Positions 1 through 10,062 of a DNA stretch of 37,382 nt are shown piece after piece. Made by a program: the position numbers and the translations under genes. The DNA lies in the sequence record DRR378314_1836. One strand, 5' to 3'. Positions within the stretch are counted from its first letter, which is position 1. The number at the start of each line of letters is the position of its first letter. The notes below the pieces were generated by a model that saw only the letters and a program-made list of their open reading frames with translations, was not told the DNA's origin and made no database searches.

Positions 1-2
1 AA

Positions 3-113
3 GAAAAACGACTGCTATTCATACAAGCCTTGGATGGTCGAGAATACAAAGTAGATTACAGTAAAGTTGGCACAAAACTATTTGTACGTATCCATCAAGA
101 TAGTTATATGTAA
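3..113 (+). CDS. 3' end of an unidentified CDS running in from the left edge (...EKRLLFIQALDGREYKVDYSKVGTKLFVRIHQDSYM*)
   Basis: Frame 3 is open from the window edge to TAA at 111-113; same strand as the next two genes; product not recognised. Confidence 0.6.
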   Translation, partial: EKRLLFIQALDGREYKVDYSKVGTKLFVRIHQDSYM

Positions 114-215
114 TCTCCTGCATAACTGGCATTGTTGTTGCTTATTATCTAATTAAAGAATGTAGCCTAAATAAGCGTGCTATATACCTATATGATGAAA
201 ATGAGGAAACATTGC

Positions 216-1895
216 ATGAGAGCTCTATTCACTTTATTGCCTGTTGTTAGCTTGCTCAGTGCTTGCGGCGGCTCAGGTGGTGGGAATGATAATCCCGATG
301 TGGCTGCATCGGTCAACGCTGGGATAGATCAGCAAGTTATTGAGAAGAGCGAATTTACTCTAACAGCGATAGGCTCACCTGCAAATGGAACGTTTTCTTG
401 GCAAAGAATTAATGGGCCCGCTGTTGAAGGGTTACCTGCTGATGGCGATGAACAAACCTTAACAGCGCCAGATGTAAAGACGGACAGCCAACTACTATTA
501 CGGGTTAACTACCAAACAGCAGACGGTCAGTTAGTTAGTGATGACGTTATGATTGATATTGTCTCGAATAACCAACTACCCGAGGCGGTTGTTACACAAA
601 TTGCGCCTGCAGAATTACCTTCCGATTATAAAGACACCATTACGTTGAGCGGTGCTGAGTCATCAGATCCCGATGAAAATGGTGCTATTAATAGTTATCG
701 TTGGCAGCAAATCTCTGGTCCAACTGTTGCGGTCGATAGCTACAATAATGAGACCATCAGTTTTTCTCACCCTCTATTAGATGTAAACACAACTTTAGTG
801 TGGCAGCTAACCGTCATTGATGATGAAGGGGGAGAAGCGAGTATTCAATATAATCATAAATTAAACAGAACAGATAAAGTGGTTATTGCTAATGCGGGAG
901 TTGATCAAACTGTAAATGAAGTTGAACTTGTCACGCTTGATGCGACGGCAAGTGAAACCGTCACCGAAACATTCTCCTGTCATTGGGAACAAATTGTTGG
1001 CAGTGTTACTTTAGCAAATCAAGAACAATGTATTACCTCGTTTACCGCACCAAAAACCGAAGCTGTTAATACGTTTAGTTTTGAGGTAACAGTGACCGAT
1101 AGTAAAGGTCGAACAGACGCCGATGTCGTACAAATCAATATTGAATCTAAACCGTTAGGTCTAATTAATGATACAGGGGTGAATACGTGCTACAACAATA
1201 CCCAACAAATAGCATGTGACAGCCCTGACTTTCCTCGCCAAGATGCAGCCGTTGGTCGGGACAGTGTTGTTAGTACGCATATCAATAAAGTAGGCGCTGG
1301 TGATTCAGCATTTGATTTTACTAAGTTAAATGAGTTTGCCGATGAGCTTCCGGACAATGCGAGTAACTTTAGTTGCGTTCGAGATAATGTCACAGGACTA
1401 ATTTGGGAAGTTAAAAGCCCAAACACTGGCACTTTACCTAACGCAACCTCACTCAGAGAAGGACAGAACCACTATACATGGTATTTAAATGGAGAAACCG
1501 GCGTACAAGGTGGTAGTCAACTAGGTGCAACTACCACATGCTCGGCAACAACGAATTGTGGTTTACAAGAGTATGTTAATGCCGTTAACAATTCAGATTA
1601 TTGTGGTGGAACTAATTGGCGAGTCCCCACGTACACCGAGCTGATGACTTTATTGGATTATTCTCAACATGGGCAATCGTTATTAATTGATAATGATTAC
1701 TTTGTTAATACACCTACTCAGCACGCTTTTGTAAACCAACCTTTTTTACCTTATTGGACCTCGCAAACAGCGGCAGATGGTACTAGTTTATCGCAGGCTT
1801 ATATAATAGATATGAGCGATGGCAATGATTTAGCTTATCCTAAGAGTGAAACGGCATTTGTACGCTTAGTTAGAACAGCGGGGGCATCACAATGA
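216..1895 (+). CDS. Lipoprotein with tandem PKD/Ig-like repeats and C-terminal DUF1566 (Lcl-C) domain
   Basis: ATG216 follows GAGG at 203-206; lipobox LSAC-GGSGGG; three PKD-like repeats (NAGIDQ..WQRINGP, SSDPD..YRWQQISGP, NAGVDQ..WEQ); DUF1566 motifs VRDNVTGLIWE, YCGGTNWRVPTYTEL, YWTS, VRLVR. Confidence 0.85.
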   Translation: MRALFTLLPVVSLLSACGGSGGGNDNPDVAASVNAGIDQQVIEKSEFTLTAIGSPANGTFSWQRINGPAVEGLPADGDEQTLTAPDVKTDSQLLLRVNYQTADGQLVSDDVMIDIVSNNQLPEAVVTQIAPAELPSDYKDTITLSGAESSDPDENGAINSYRWQQISGPTVAVDSYNNETISFSHPLLDVNTTLVWQLTVIDDEGGEASIQYNHKLNRTDKVVIANAGVDQTVNEVELVTLDATASETVTETFSCHWEQIVGSVTLANQEQCITSFTAPKTEAVNTFSFEVTVTDSKGRTDADVVQINIESKPLGLINDTGVNTCYNNTQQIACDSPDFPRQDAAVGRDSVVSTHINKVGAGDSAFDFTKLNEFADELPDNASNFSCVRDNVTGLIWEVKSPNTGTLPNATSLREGQNHYTWYLNGETGVQGGSQLGATTTCSATTNCGLQEYVNAVNNSDYCGGTNWRVPTYTELMTLLDYSQHGQSLLIDNDYFVNTPTQHAFVNQPFLPYWTSQTAADGTSLSQAYIIDMSDGNDLAYPKSETAFVRLVRTAGASQ

Positions 1896-2401
1896 AAACA
1901 TTATTTGCGAGCATACTACTTTTAAGCCCAAGCTTTTTGGCTGCGCAAACGTGTTACAGCACGGTGCCTGAAACAACATCCACAGCGCGTTTTACACTTA
2001 ACAATGATGGCACAGTGAGCGATAGCGTGACAGGGTTAATGTGGCAAACCTGTAGTTACGGGCAAAGCTATGATGCTGATACCACTAGCTGTACAAATAG
2101 CGCAATTAAAACCTCGTGGCAAGAAGCTTTAAGAGCGTCGGTTAACGACCGCACAGCAAATCATGATGATTGGCAAGTACCGAATAATAAAGAGCTAGCA
2201 AGTATCCTAGAGCACAGTTGTGTAACTCCAAGTATCAATGAGGTTATTTTCAAAGGGAATAAAAGTGAAAACTATTGGACGAGTACATCGGGCGTTATTG
2301 ACCCCGGCTTTGCTTGGGTATACACATTTGACAGAGGCCTTAACAGTTTACATGCTAAAACCTCTAACGTTTACCTTCGCTTGGTGCGATATGAGGACTA
2401 A
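1892..2401 (+). CDS. Secreted single-domain DUF1566 (Lcl-C) protein
   Basis: ATGA overlap with upstream stop; signal peptide; NNDGTVSDSVTGLMWQ, DWQVPNNKEL, YWTST, LRLVR. Confidence 0.88.
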   Translation: MKTLFASILLLSPSFLAAQTCYSTVPETTSTARFTLNNDGTVSDSVTGLMWQTCSYGQSYDADTTSCTNSAIKTSWQEALRASVNDRTANHDDWQVPNNKELASILEHSCVTPSINEVIFKGNKSENYWTSTSGVIDPGFAWVYTFDRGLNSLHAKTSNVYLRLVRYED

Positions 2402-3513
2402 ACCTGATTTAAATGTTGTTTAAACATGTCTAACCGCGCTTGTTCTAGCGCGGTTTTTATATCAGCACCTTTAATACCTTGAGCAATAAACTGTTGCGGG
2501 CTAATTTTTTTAGCTGCTTCAGTAGCACTTACTAGAGTGTGTTGCCGTTTTAATGGCCCGCAATTGGCAATCTCCGCTGCTTTTAATAAAGCACTGAATC
2601 GTTCTGGTCGGCGCCATAGGTCAAGTTGATTACAAAGTGCCAGTAACTCACTGCTGTTAAGTTGTTCATCTTTAAGGGTTGCGAGGTGTTGTTGCAAGTA
2701 GAGCGCCATATCCCGAACATCATTTGGCACCCGAATTGATGTCGCTAGTGTAATTATTGAGTCACGGCATAAATCACTGGTAGCTTGGCAAAATAGTAAG
2801 CTAGGCTCAGTCTCCTTTTGACTGTTTGCATACTCATAGCGGGCTTTGATTTGCTGGTATTTATCAGGAGTCCACGATGAAGCCAATGCGTTGCTGATAG
2901 AAGGAAGAGCATTAAGGCTGTAAAGCGTTTGCAAAAACTCAGCAAAAGCGCCATCACTGAGCGACTTTTCACATTCAAGCCAAATACGTTCTGGTGTCAG
3001 AGTGTTCAGTTCACCTTGAGAAATCATGCTCTTTAATAGCGTTTTGGTCTCATCAGCAATAGTAAAACCAAGATAATGATAACGAGCTGCAAAGCGAGCA
3101 ACACGCAATATTCTAAGTGGGTCTTCACTAAATGCATCGGATACATGGCGAAGAATGCGGTTGTCTAAATCTAGTTTACCGTTGTATGGATCAATTAAGC
3201 TGCCATCGTCAGCTTTTGCGATGGCATTAACTGTAAGGTCGCGTCGGCGTAAGTCATCTTCAAGTGTAACATCTGCTGAAAACTCACATGTAAACCCGGT
3301 ATACCCTTGACCTTGTTTGCGTTCAGTACGAGCGAGTGCATATTCTTCTTTGGTTTTTGGGTGTAAAAAAACAGGAAAATCTTTACCGACTTGTACAAAG
3401 CCTTGCTGTAAAAGTTGATCTGCAGTTGCACCAACAACAACATAATCACGTTCTTTAATTTTACGTCCGAGCAGCTCATCACGCACTGCACCACCCACTA
3501 AATAAACTTCCAT
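2398..3513 (-). CDS. cca: CCA-adding tRNA nucleotidyltransferase (short form)
   Basis: MEVYLVGGAVRD, GKDFPVFLHP, EEYALARTERK, DLRRRDLTVNA, EDPLRILRVARFAAR, ERIW; ATG at 3513 (GTG at 3519 possible). Confidence 0.95.
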   Translation of the reverse strand: MEVYLVGGAVRDELLGRKIKERDYVVVGATADQLLQQGFVQVGKDFPVFLHPKTKEEYALARTERKQGQGYTGFTCEFSADVTLEDDLRRRDLTVNAIAKADDGSLIDPYNGKLDLDNRILRHVSDAFSEDPLRILRVARFAARYHYLGFTIADETKTLLKSMISQGELNTLTPERIWLECEKSLSDGAFAEFLQTLYSLNALPSISNALASSWTPDKYQQIKARYEYANSQKETEPSLLFCQATSDLCRDSIITLATSIRVPNDVRDMALYLQQHLATLKDEQLNSSELLALCNQLDLWRRPERFSALLKAAEIANCGPLKRQHTLVSATEAAKKISPQQFIAQGIKGADIKTALEQARLDMFKQHLNQV

Positions 3514-3641
3514 AGTCACGCCTAGAGTTAACCTGTTTAGGTTATTTTACGTTATTTAAGTAATAAAACGCTAACAAGGTTTTCACTTAGTGCATTTTTT
3601 TGCCATTATAGGCGCAGATTTACTCAGTAAGGAAGTTCAGG

Positions 3642-4559
3642 GTGTATTTAAGCTATTTTGGCTTGTCGGAAAAACCGTTTTCAATCGCGCCAAATCCACA
3701 ATATTTATTTTTAAGCGAGCGCCACAAAGAAGCATTAGCTCACCTTACCTATGGTTTAGGCGAGGCGGGTGGTTTTGTATTGCTTACAGGCGAGGTAGGG
3801 ACAGGTAAAACAACCCTAATTCGTAGCTTGCAAGAACAACTGCCTGAGAATACGCAAGTGGCAATGATCCATAACCCTGCATTATCACAGCTAGAGTTGT
3901 TAGCCAGTATTTGCGATGAACTTGTCATTAATTATGATGGCGTCAATGCCACACTAAAAACCTTAACTGATGCAATAAAAAAGCATTTAGAGGCTAATCA
4001 TGAATCGGGTGGTCACACGATACTATTGATTGATGAAGCACAGCTACTTGCACCAGATGTACTCGAACAACTGCGGTTATTGACCAACATAGAAACCAAC
4101 CATAAAAAGTTACTGCAAATAGTGTTAGTCGGTCAACCAGAGTTACAAGAGTTACTTAAGCGCAATGAATTAAGGCAATTAGCGCAGCGTATTACTGCTC
4201 GGTACCATTTATTGCCGCTGACCGAGGGGCAAACTATTGCTTACATCAAACATCGTTTATATGTTGCCGGCTGTGAACGTGCGATGTTTTCGGCTGATGC
4301 ATTAAAAACTGTTTATGTTGTTACAAAAGGTATTCCTAGGTTAGTTAACTTACTATGCGAGCGTTGCTTAATGGGAGCGTTTTCTAAACAAGTTATGGTC
4401 ATTGATAGTGAAATTGTGATGCGTTCTGCAGAAGAAGCGTTGCCGCCAAGCGTACTGCAAAGTGAAGCTCCAAGTGAAGCAAAAACCAGTAAGCTTTTAA
4501 TACCTTTCGTTTTTATAACAGTGTTAGGCGCCGGTGTTGGCTTGTCGTTTATTTTTTAG
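3642..4559 (+). CDS. exeA: ExeA/GspA-family AAA ATPase (T2SS accessory protein A) ending in a TM helix
   Basis: MYLSYFGLSEKPFSIAPNP N-terminus, Walker A GEVGTGKT, Walker B LLIDEAQ, GQPEL, QLAQRI, GIPRLVN. Confidence 0.9.
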   Translation: MYLSYFGLSEKPFSIAPNPQYLFLSERHKEALAHLTYGLGEAGGFVLLTGEVGTGKTTLIRSLQEQLPENTQVAMIHNPALSQLELLASICDELVINYDGVNATLKTLTDAIKKHLEANHESGGHTILLIDEAQLLAPDVLEQLRLLTNIETNHKKLLQIVLVGQPELQELLKRNELRQLAQRITARYHLLPLTEGQTIAYIKHRLYVAGCERAMFSADALKTVYVVTKGIPRLVNLLCERCLMGAFSKQVMVIDSEIVMRSAEEALPPSVLQSEAPSEAKTSKLLIPFVFITVLGAGVGLSFIF

Positions 4560-4571
4560 TCGTGGTGAATT

Positions 4572-5624
4572 ATGTCGTTTTTATTAGATGCATTAAAACA
4601 ATCCGAGCATCATGATGAAGCATCTGCTTTTGATCAAAATGCTCAACAAATTAAACAACAACAAGAGCTTAAAAGGTATCGCTTAATCGCAATGTCACTT
4701 GCCTTATTGTTGGCTTTAGCGCTGACCTTAGTGGCTGGCTTTTCAATTGGTAAGTGGTTTCAGACTAAGAGTATTCCAACAGATAGTGCGTCAGAGCCTA
4801 GCCTTAAAGAGTTATCAGCAACTGATGAAAAAGTGATTCAGCCGAATGAAGACGTTTCTAGCGTGCAAAAGAGCAGCGATACATTGCCTAAGAATGTACC
4901 GCAAGAAGTTCAAAATGCACCCGCACAGTTTACTAATTCACAGCAGCCTGTGATGGCCCAAGGCTACGCGAACCAATCTCAACAGTATCAATGGGTCCAA
5001 GTGCCTGTTAATGCTGTACCAACTTACTCGCAAGGGCAAACTGTTTTAGTCCAAACTCCAAATGGGTATCAGCAAGTGATTAATGCCCCTGCAGCTCAGT
5101 TTCAGCCGCAGCAGTATTCACAGCCACAGCAATACGCTCAACCTCAACAGTTTGCACAATCACAGCCAATAAATACACGCTCAAGAGATATTGATTTAAG
5201 CCAATATAAGGTGCTTGGAAAGCCTATTGAGCAGTCAAATTCAACGAACCAAATAGTACCGCAGCGCGACGATGAGTTAGAGACTGTGCCTAGTGAGCTT
5301 AAAAATGCGTTTGCCCAAGCAATTAAAGACACTGAAACAGTCACGACCAATCAAGTTACCCAAGCAACAAGAAACTCTTCTTACGCAGAGCCTATTGAGC
5401 TATTACCAGACGGCTTATTAGCTTTGCTACCTAATATTAAATATCAGGCACACATTTATTCATCGTCCGTTGAGAAGCGTTGGATCAAGCTTAACAACCG
5501 TGAACTGTATGAAGGTGATAGTTTAGATGATATTGAAGTGTTAGAAATAACCCCAGAACAAAGTGTATTAAGTTTCGATGGCTATCAATTTAGTATTAAA
5601 GCGTTGCAAGACTGGCCAGAGTAA
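4572..5624 (+). CDS. exeB: ExeB/GspB type II secretion accessory protein B
   Basis: MSFLLDALKQSE start, single TM, low-complexity linker, C-terminal T2SSB motif AHIYSS..RWIKLN..EGD..EITP; follows exeA. Confidence 0.88.
   Translation: MSFLLDALKQSEHHDEASAFDQNAQQIKQQQELKRYRLIAMSLALLLALALTLVAGFSIGKWFQTKSIPTDSASEPSLKELSATDEKVIQPNEDVSSVQKSSDTLPKNVPQEVQNAPAQFTNSQQPVMAQGYANQSQQYQWVQVPVNAVPTYSQGQTVLVQTPNGYQQVINAPAAQFQPQQYSQPQQYAQPQQFAQSQPINTRSRDIDLSQYKVLGKPIEQSNSTNQIVPQRDDELETVPSELKNAFAQAIKDTETVTTNQVTQATRNSSYAEPIELLPDGLLALLPNIKYQAHIYSSSVEKRWIKLNNRELYEGDSLDDIEVLEITPEQSVLSFDGYQFSIKALQDWPE
5103..5168 (+). repeat. Degenerate 18-bp coding tandem repeat (QPQQYS/QPQQYA/QPQQFA/QSQP) in exeB
   Basis: cagccgcagcagtattca, cagccacagcaatacgct, caacctcaacagtttgca, caatcacagcca. 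Confidence 0.75.
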
Positions 5625-5643
5625 AAGGCAATTTTTAACCGTA

Positions 5644-8340
5644 TTAAAACTCGAAACTTAAGGCTAGTTTTATGGTTCGGCCAAATATTGGTCGGCCATA
5701 AAATAGCGGTTCTTGGTGGTTCAGATCATCTCTTGGATTACCTTCCGTCAAGCCCAGTGTGTTAGTGACGTTTTTCACTTCAAATTGCGCGCTGAGCTGC
5801 TCTGTTAGCATATACTGCGCAAAAATATCCCACGTTTGATACGCCGGCAATGCAAATTGATTGGCAATATCAGAATAACGTTTCCCTACATAAGACCAAG
5901 TGATTGCCAGCGTTAGAGGCCCGACGTTATATTCTGGGGAGAGACGCAGTTGCAACTTCGGTGTACGGGTTATTTGGTTACCATTATATTTACTTTGTGG
6001 TAATCGACCGGGAATGCCATAGAACCCTGCATCTTGCCACACGCCTATCGCAGAATACTGCCAAGTCTGATTAAACTGATAGTTATATTCAAACTCTAAC
6101 CCTTGAGTTTGGGTGTTAATTAACACTGCCTGTTGTGTATTTTCAGCACCGCGATAAACAGTAAACGCAAGAGGATCAAAGTTAGTATCAAAAACAGTGC
6201 CGCTAAACTGCCAGTGTGATGATTGGTAACGTATTCCGATTTCACTTAAAGTTAAGCTTATTGGCTGGCCAAAGTTTTGCTGTGCGCGTTGCTCATCGTT
6301 TTTAGCCCAACCGCGAGCATTACCATAATTTATTAGTCGCGGCATTTCAAAAGCGTCAGCATAGCGCGTAAACACAGCTAGCTGCTCACTGAGTTGGTAG
6401 TTGGCTCCGATACTGAGCGCATTTTCACTGAAAGAATCGGCTAGTGAGCTTGTCTCAGAGAAGTGTGAGTAATAAGGCTTTGCATTGGATGTTGATGATA
6501 GCAGGCCCCGCTGACTATGACTGTTTAGCCTAAGCTGCTCATTTCGCAGTGCAAAATCCACCCTTAGTTTGTCAGTTAAGTGCCAGTCCAAACTTGCATA
6601 AAGAGAATGTGACTGCGACTGCCCTTGGCCTGTTAAATACACCGGCCCTGCATAGGATAAAAAACCTTCTTCGGTAAAATTAGCAATAACATTATCTTGT
6701 TTATCCACCAGCACAATATCAAGCCGTTCAGGCTGGTGTTTTACATCAGTAAGTAATTGCCCAAGCCATTGATCTAAAGGCAAAGAGTTAAAATCGCTGT
6801 GGGCGTAAATGTGTCCTAAGCTGATTGACCAATCTTCTTTCAGGTAGTTAATACTAAAATGATTTATAAACTGTTGTTGCTCGTAGGTAGAGTGCAACGG
6901 GTAGCTTGAAGTGATCAGTCCATTGCCATTAAGTCGATGGGGATCGTGAATTAACGTTTTATCCTTGCTGCGCTGGTATTTGGCTTGTAACTCTTCTTGT
7001 AATTTACCCTTTGAAAAAAGATTTTTAAATTGTGTTACATCATCAAACAGTAAGCGGCTATTTGCATCAATAATGCTCTCGTTGCCCAAGTTCATTAACG
7101 TATAAAGGCGATTACTTAAGTCTGCGTAACGGGTGATATTATTAAGTTGCAGTTGTTCTGAAAGTAGCCCTTTGAACTGGACTGTGTAGCTGTTCATTAA
7201 AGTGTGTTGCGCATCTTCTAAATCATGTTGACGGATGCCTTGTGGGGTATAAAAGCTCAATGATTTTAGGTCACCGCTAAGTAATGTGCCGTAGTCATAG
7301 GGGAGGCTTTGTAGTTGTTCGATAGTGCCATGATTTTGCATAACTAATGGGGCATAAAAGCTGGTTTTATCGTTTAAGTGCTTGTAGCTAAAATCCAACT
7401 CTATATCATCTGTTAGCCAGCTGAGACGGGCGCTAAATTGACCGCCTAAATCACTGTTAAAGCCAGGTTCACGAATGCCATTTGAGCTCCTATAAAAACC
7501 ACCTAAGGTATAAAAAAGCTGATCATTAATAGGGCCACTAAATACACTGTCAAGACGAGTGTAGTCATAGTTTAGTGCTTGGCTAAGTTTAACTAAGTTA
7601 AATGGTATTTCGTCGCCGCGTCGACCAACATAGTTTACCATTGCAGCAGGGCCGTTTAGGGTGAAAATTCCGCTACTACCACCTCTTACAGCTTCAATTT
7701 TTTGATGGGTGAGATCGGGGCGTAAAAAAAAATCACTCCAAATACCATCGTAGGTTATTGGCAGCCCATCTTCCATTAAGCTGATAAAGCGAAACCCTTC
7801 ACCACCTCTAAGGCCGCGTGGTGCAACATTGTTATTAGTTTCGCCACCTGAATCCTCTACCCAAAAGCCTGTGACATGTTTAAGAATTTCAGCGTTGGAA
7901 TATGGGGTATGTTGATTTAGTTGCTGCGCTGACAGCTGAGTGATTGAAATAGAAGAATTTAAAATATTACGCGTTTTACCACTGACGCCAGTGACTATAA
8001 TACGCTCAAAGTCGTTCAGTTTATCAACGGGTGTTGGGGTTACAAAAATACGCTGTTGAGTGGAGTCTAAGGTAAATTGATATGGGCTATTGGCCAAAGT
8101 TTTAACCAATAATTGCTCAAGCGTAAAGCGCCCTTGTAGTGGGGGAAGGGGCGCCTGTGCTTTTATATCTGCGGCGCTTAGTTGCCAACCACTTTGCGCA
8201 GCAACATCAAGCATGCGCTGCTGCAAAGTAGCTTCAGCTAAATTAAATTGATAGTCAGTAGTAGCATGTAGATAGCTACTAAATAATATCAACCAAGGTA
8301 ATTGCTTGGTCAATAACCTCAATAACATGGTTTGATTCAA
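5644..8340 (-). CDS. TonB-dependent receptor/transducer with N-terminal STN-like signalling extension
   Basis: ~85 aa extension (YQFNLAEATLQQRMLDVAAQSGWQL..PLQGRFTLEQLLVKTLANSPY) before TonB box ERIIVTG; plug motif IEAVRGGSSG; C-terminal F; directly downstream of fecR-like gene; start TTG8340 or ATG8328. Confidence 0.9.
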   Translation of the reverse strand: MNQTMLLRLLTKQLPWLILFSSYLHATTDYQFNLAEATLQQRMLDVAAQSGWQLSAADIKAQAPLPPLQGRFTLEQLLVKTLANSPYQFTLDSTQQRIFVTPTPVDKLNDFERIIVTGVSGKTRNILNSSISITQLSAQQLNQHTPYSNAEILKHVTGFWVEDSGGETNNNVAPRGLRGGEGFRFISLMEDGLPITYDGIWSDFFLRPDLTHQKIEAVRGGSSGIFTLNGPAAMVNYVGRRGDEIPFNLVKLSQALNYDYTRLDSVFSGPINDQLFYTLGGFYRSSNGIREPGFNSDLGGQFSARLSWLTDDIELDFSYKHLNDKTSFYAPLVMQNHGTIEQLQSLPYDYGTLLSGDLKSLSFYTPQGIRQHDLEDAQHTLMNSYTVQFKGLLSEQLQLNNITRYADLSNRLYTLMNLGNESIIDANSRLLFDDVTQFKNLFSKGKLQEELQAKYQRSKDKTLIHDPHRLNGNGLITSSYPLHSTYEQQQFINHFSINYLKEDWSISLGHIYAHSDFNSLPLDQWLGQLLTDVKHQPERLDIVLVDKQDNVIANFTEEGFLSYAGPVYLTGQGQSQSHSLYASLDWHLTDKLRVDFALRNEQLRLNSHSQRGLLSSTSNAKPYYSHFSETSSLADSFSENALSIGANYQLSEQLAVFTRYADAFEMPRLINYGNARGWAKNDEQRAQQNFGQPISLTLSEIGIRYQSSHWQFSGTVFDTNFDPLAFTVYRGAENTQQAVLINTQTQGLEFEYNYQFNQTWQYSAIGVWQDAGFYGIPGRLPQSKYNGNQITRTPKLQLRLSPEYNVGPLTLAITWSYVGKRYSDIANQFALPAYQTWDIFAQYMLTEQLSAQFEVKNVTNTLGLTEGNPRDDLNHQEPLFYGRPIFGRTIKLALSFEF

Positions 8341-8402
8341 TATTTTTATTATTGTCCAAACTTTGTACCATTTTTAGCGCACGTATGCCATGCCACTTTT
8401 AG

Positions 8403-9452
8403 CTAATTAGCTGCTAACGTAAACTTTTTCCCTTCTTGAGTCACCGTGATTGGATAAATTTTATCAAGGGTGTGTAGCCATGAGTCGATTTCAGAGGTTA
8501 ACAAAGTCCCATTGTAGGTAAATTGACTAAGCTTTTGGCTGCCAAGGGTTATTTTTAGCTCACTATAACGGGCAATATCGTCAAGTACATCACCTAAGCG
8601 AGCATTCTGATACACTAAACGCCCTTGCTGCCAATCCATGGTGAGGTTTTCTCCTTGTGCTTTGCTACGAATAATAGTGCCAGTTTGAGTTATTTGCGCG
8701 GCTTGTCCTTGGGTTAATTTAATTGTTTGCTGCTGTGCAAGCGATACCGTGCCCTCAAGTACATCAACGCGAATAGAAGTAGGATGAGCACGCACATTGA
8801 ACACCGTGCCTAGTGCTTCTACTTGGCTTTGCTGGTGGCGCACAATAAAGGGTCTTTGTTTGTCTTTAGCGACTGAAAATAGTGCTTCACCTTGGTACAA
8901 AGTTAACTCTCGCGAGCTATTACTATAGCGCACAGCTAATTGACTATTAGCGCCTAAATCTACTCGGCTGTTATCATCTAAAGTGAAAGTACGGTGCTCG
9001 TTGATTGTGGTGCGAAAAAACTGATTTTGCACATCGGTCATTGCTGGACTGTTATTTGCCACCGTAACAGTCTTATTTCTGGGCTGTTCAACATTAATGA
9101 AGATACTAAAACTTAATAAAAAAAACGCGGCAGCTAAGGCATAATAGCTTGTTCGAGAGCGTTTTTCAGTACGTTTAATCATGTCTATCGCAGGTGGTAT
9201 TTGCGCAAGCTGTTGCTCTACGTAATCAGTATCTAGTTGCGTAGTTACTTGCCATAGTTGCTGCATTTTTTGAAAAATATCACGGTGCAATTCGCTTTGC
9301 GCCAACCAATCTTGCAACTGAGTTGGGTAGTGATGGCTGTTACTAATGGGCAGTTGCTGCTCCTCTAATAGCAAAAGCCAATCAGCGGCTTGCTCTTCAA
9401 TAATCGCTAAATCGTCAGGTGATGGGTTCATGCTAATATCCTTAAAACTCAT
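8403..9452 (-). CDS. FecR-family anti-sigma/transmembrane sensor
   Basis: EEQAADWLL..WLAQSELHR N-domain, one TM, TLDDNSRVDLGANS, LYQGEALFSVAKDKQRPFIV, LGTVFNV, WQQGRLVY. Confidence 0.93.
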   Translation of the reverse strand: MSFKDISMNPSPDDLAIIEEQAADWLLLLEEQQLPISNSHHYPTQLQDWLAQSELHRDIFQKMQQLWQVTTQLDTDYVEQQLAQIPPAIDMIKRTEKRSRTSYYALAAAFFLLSFSIFINVEQPRNKTVTVANNSPAMTDVQNQFFRTTINEHRTFTLDDNSRVDLGANSQLAVRYSNSSRELTLYQGEALFSVAKDKQRPFIVRHQQSQVEALGTVFNVRAHPTSIRVDVLEGTVSLAQQQTIKLTQGQAAQITQTGTIIRSKAQGENLTMDWQQGRLVYQNARLGDVLDDIARYSELKITLGSQKLSQFTYNGTLLTSEIDSWLHTLDKIYPITVTQEGKKFTLAAN

Positions 9453-9454
9453 GA

Positions 9455-10033
9455 TCAAAGCTCATGTTGTAACTGTTGATAGCAATGACGAACTGCACGT
9501 AATACATATTTTCGTACCATACTGGGAGATATTTGTAAGGTCAAAGCGATTTCTTCATAACTTTGACCACGAATTTTATACAGTAAAAAAGCCAGTCTGC
9601 ATTTGTCTGGCAAACTTGCGAGGGACTTCTCCATTTCTTTAAGTAATTCTTGGGTATGATGATTTTTCTCAGGGTTGGCACTGTTACCAAGTTGCGGCAT
9701 TTGCTCACTTTCGTCAGTGTGCTCTGCAAACGGACTGCGAGCTTTACGACGAAGCTTATCGATGGTTAAGTTGGTTGCTATTTTATATAAATAAGCAGCA
9801 ATGTAATTACTTACTTGGGCATCTTCTAAACCTAACAGTTTTACAAATGCTTCTTGTGCTATGTCCTCTGCTTCACGCTGATCAAGGCCTTTAGCCATAA
9901 TATGGCGTACTAACTTTTGCTGTTGTTGTAAAAACAGCTGCTCAACCTGCTGACGGCGCTGGGCATCGGCTTGTATCGTCACCGGGGCCTCGTTTGCGGC
10001 TTTCTTTCGTTTAAATGACAATAAAGGTGGCAT
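9455..10033 (-). CDS. ECF sigma-70 factor, FecI-like
   Basis: Region 2 AEDIAQEAFVKL..YLYKIATNLTIDKLRR; region 4 LPDKCRLAFLL..GQSYEEIA..SPSMVRKY; ATG10033 preferred because the ORF-track start at 10090 lies inside a hairpin. Confidence 0.92.
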   Translation of the reverse strand: MPPLLSFKRKKAANEAPVTIQADAQRRQQVEQLFLQQQQKLVRHIMAKGLDQREAEDIAQEAFVKLLGLEDAQVSNYIAAYLYKIATNLTIDKLRRKARSPFAEHTDESEQMPQLGNSANPEKNHHTQELLKEMEKSLASLPDKCRLAFLLYKIRGQSYEEIALTLQISPSMVRKYVLRAVRHCYQQLQHEL

Positions 10034-10062
10034 GGCTACGCATCCTATTCTTCCATTTATAG

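Noticed and set aside
216-2401. Diversity-generating retroelement targeting the DUF1566 genes
   Set aside because: No reverse transcriptase and no adenine-variant template repeat seen in the window; a remote DGR cannot be excluded
3530-3581. Long imperfect inverted repeat in the cca/exeA divergent spacer
   Set aside because: AT-rich with several mismatches; compatible with chance
8375-8396. Sigma-54 promoter (TGGCA repeats) upstream of the transducer
   Set aside because: GG-to-GC spacing is not the required 10 nt for either TGGCA
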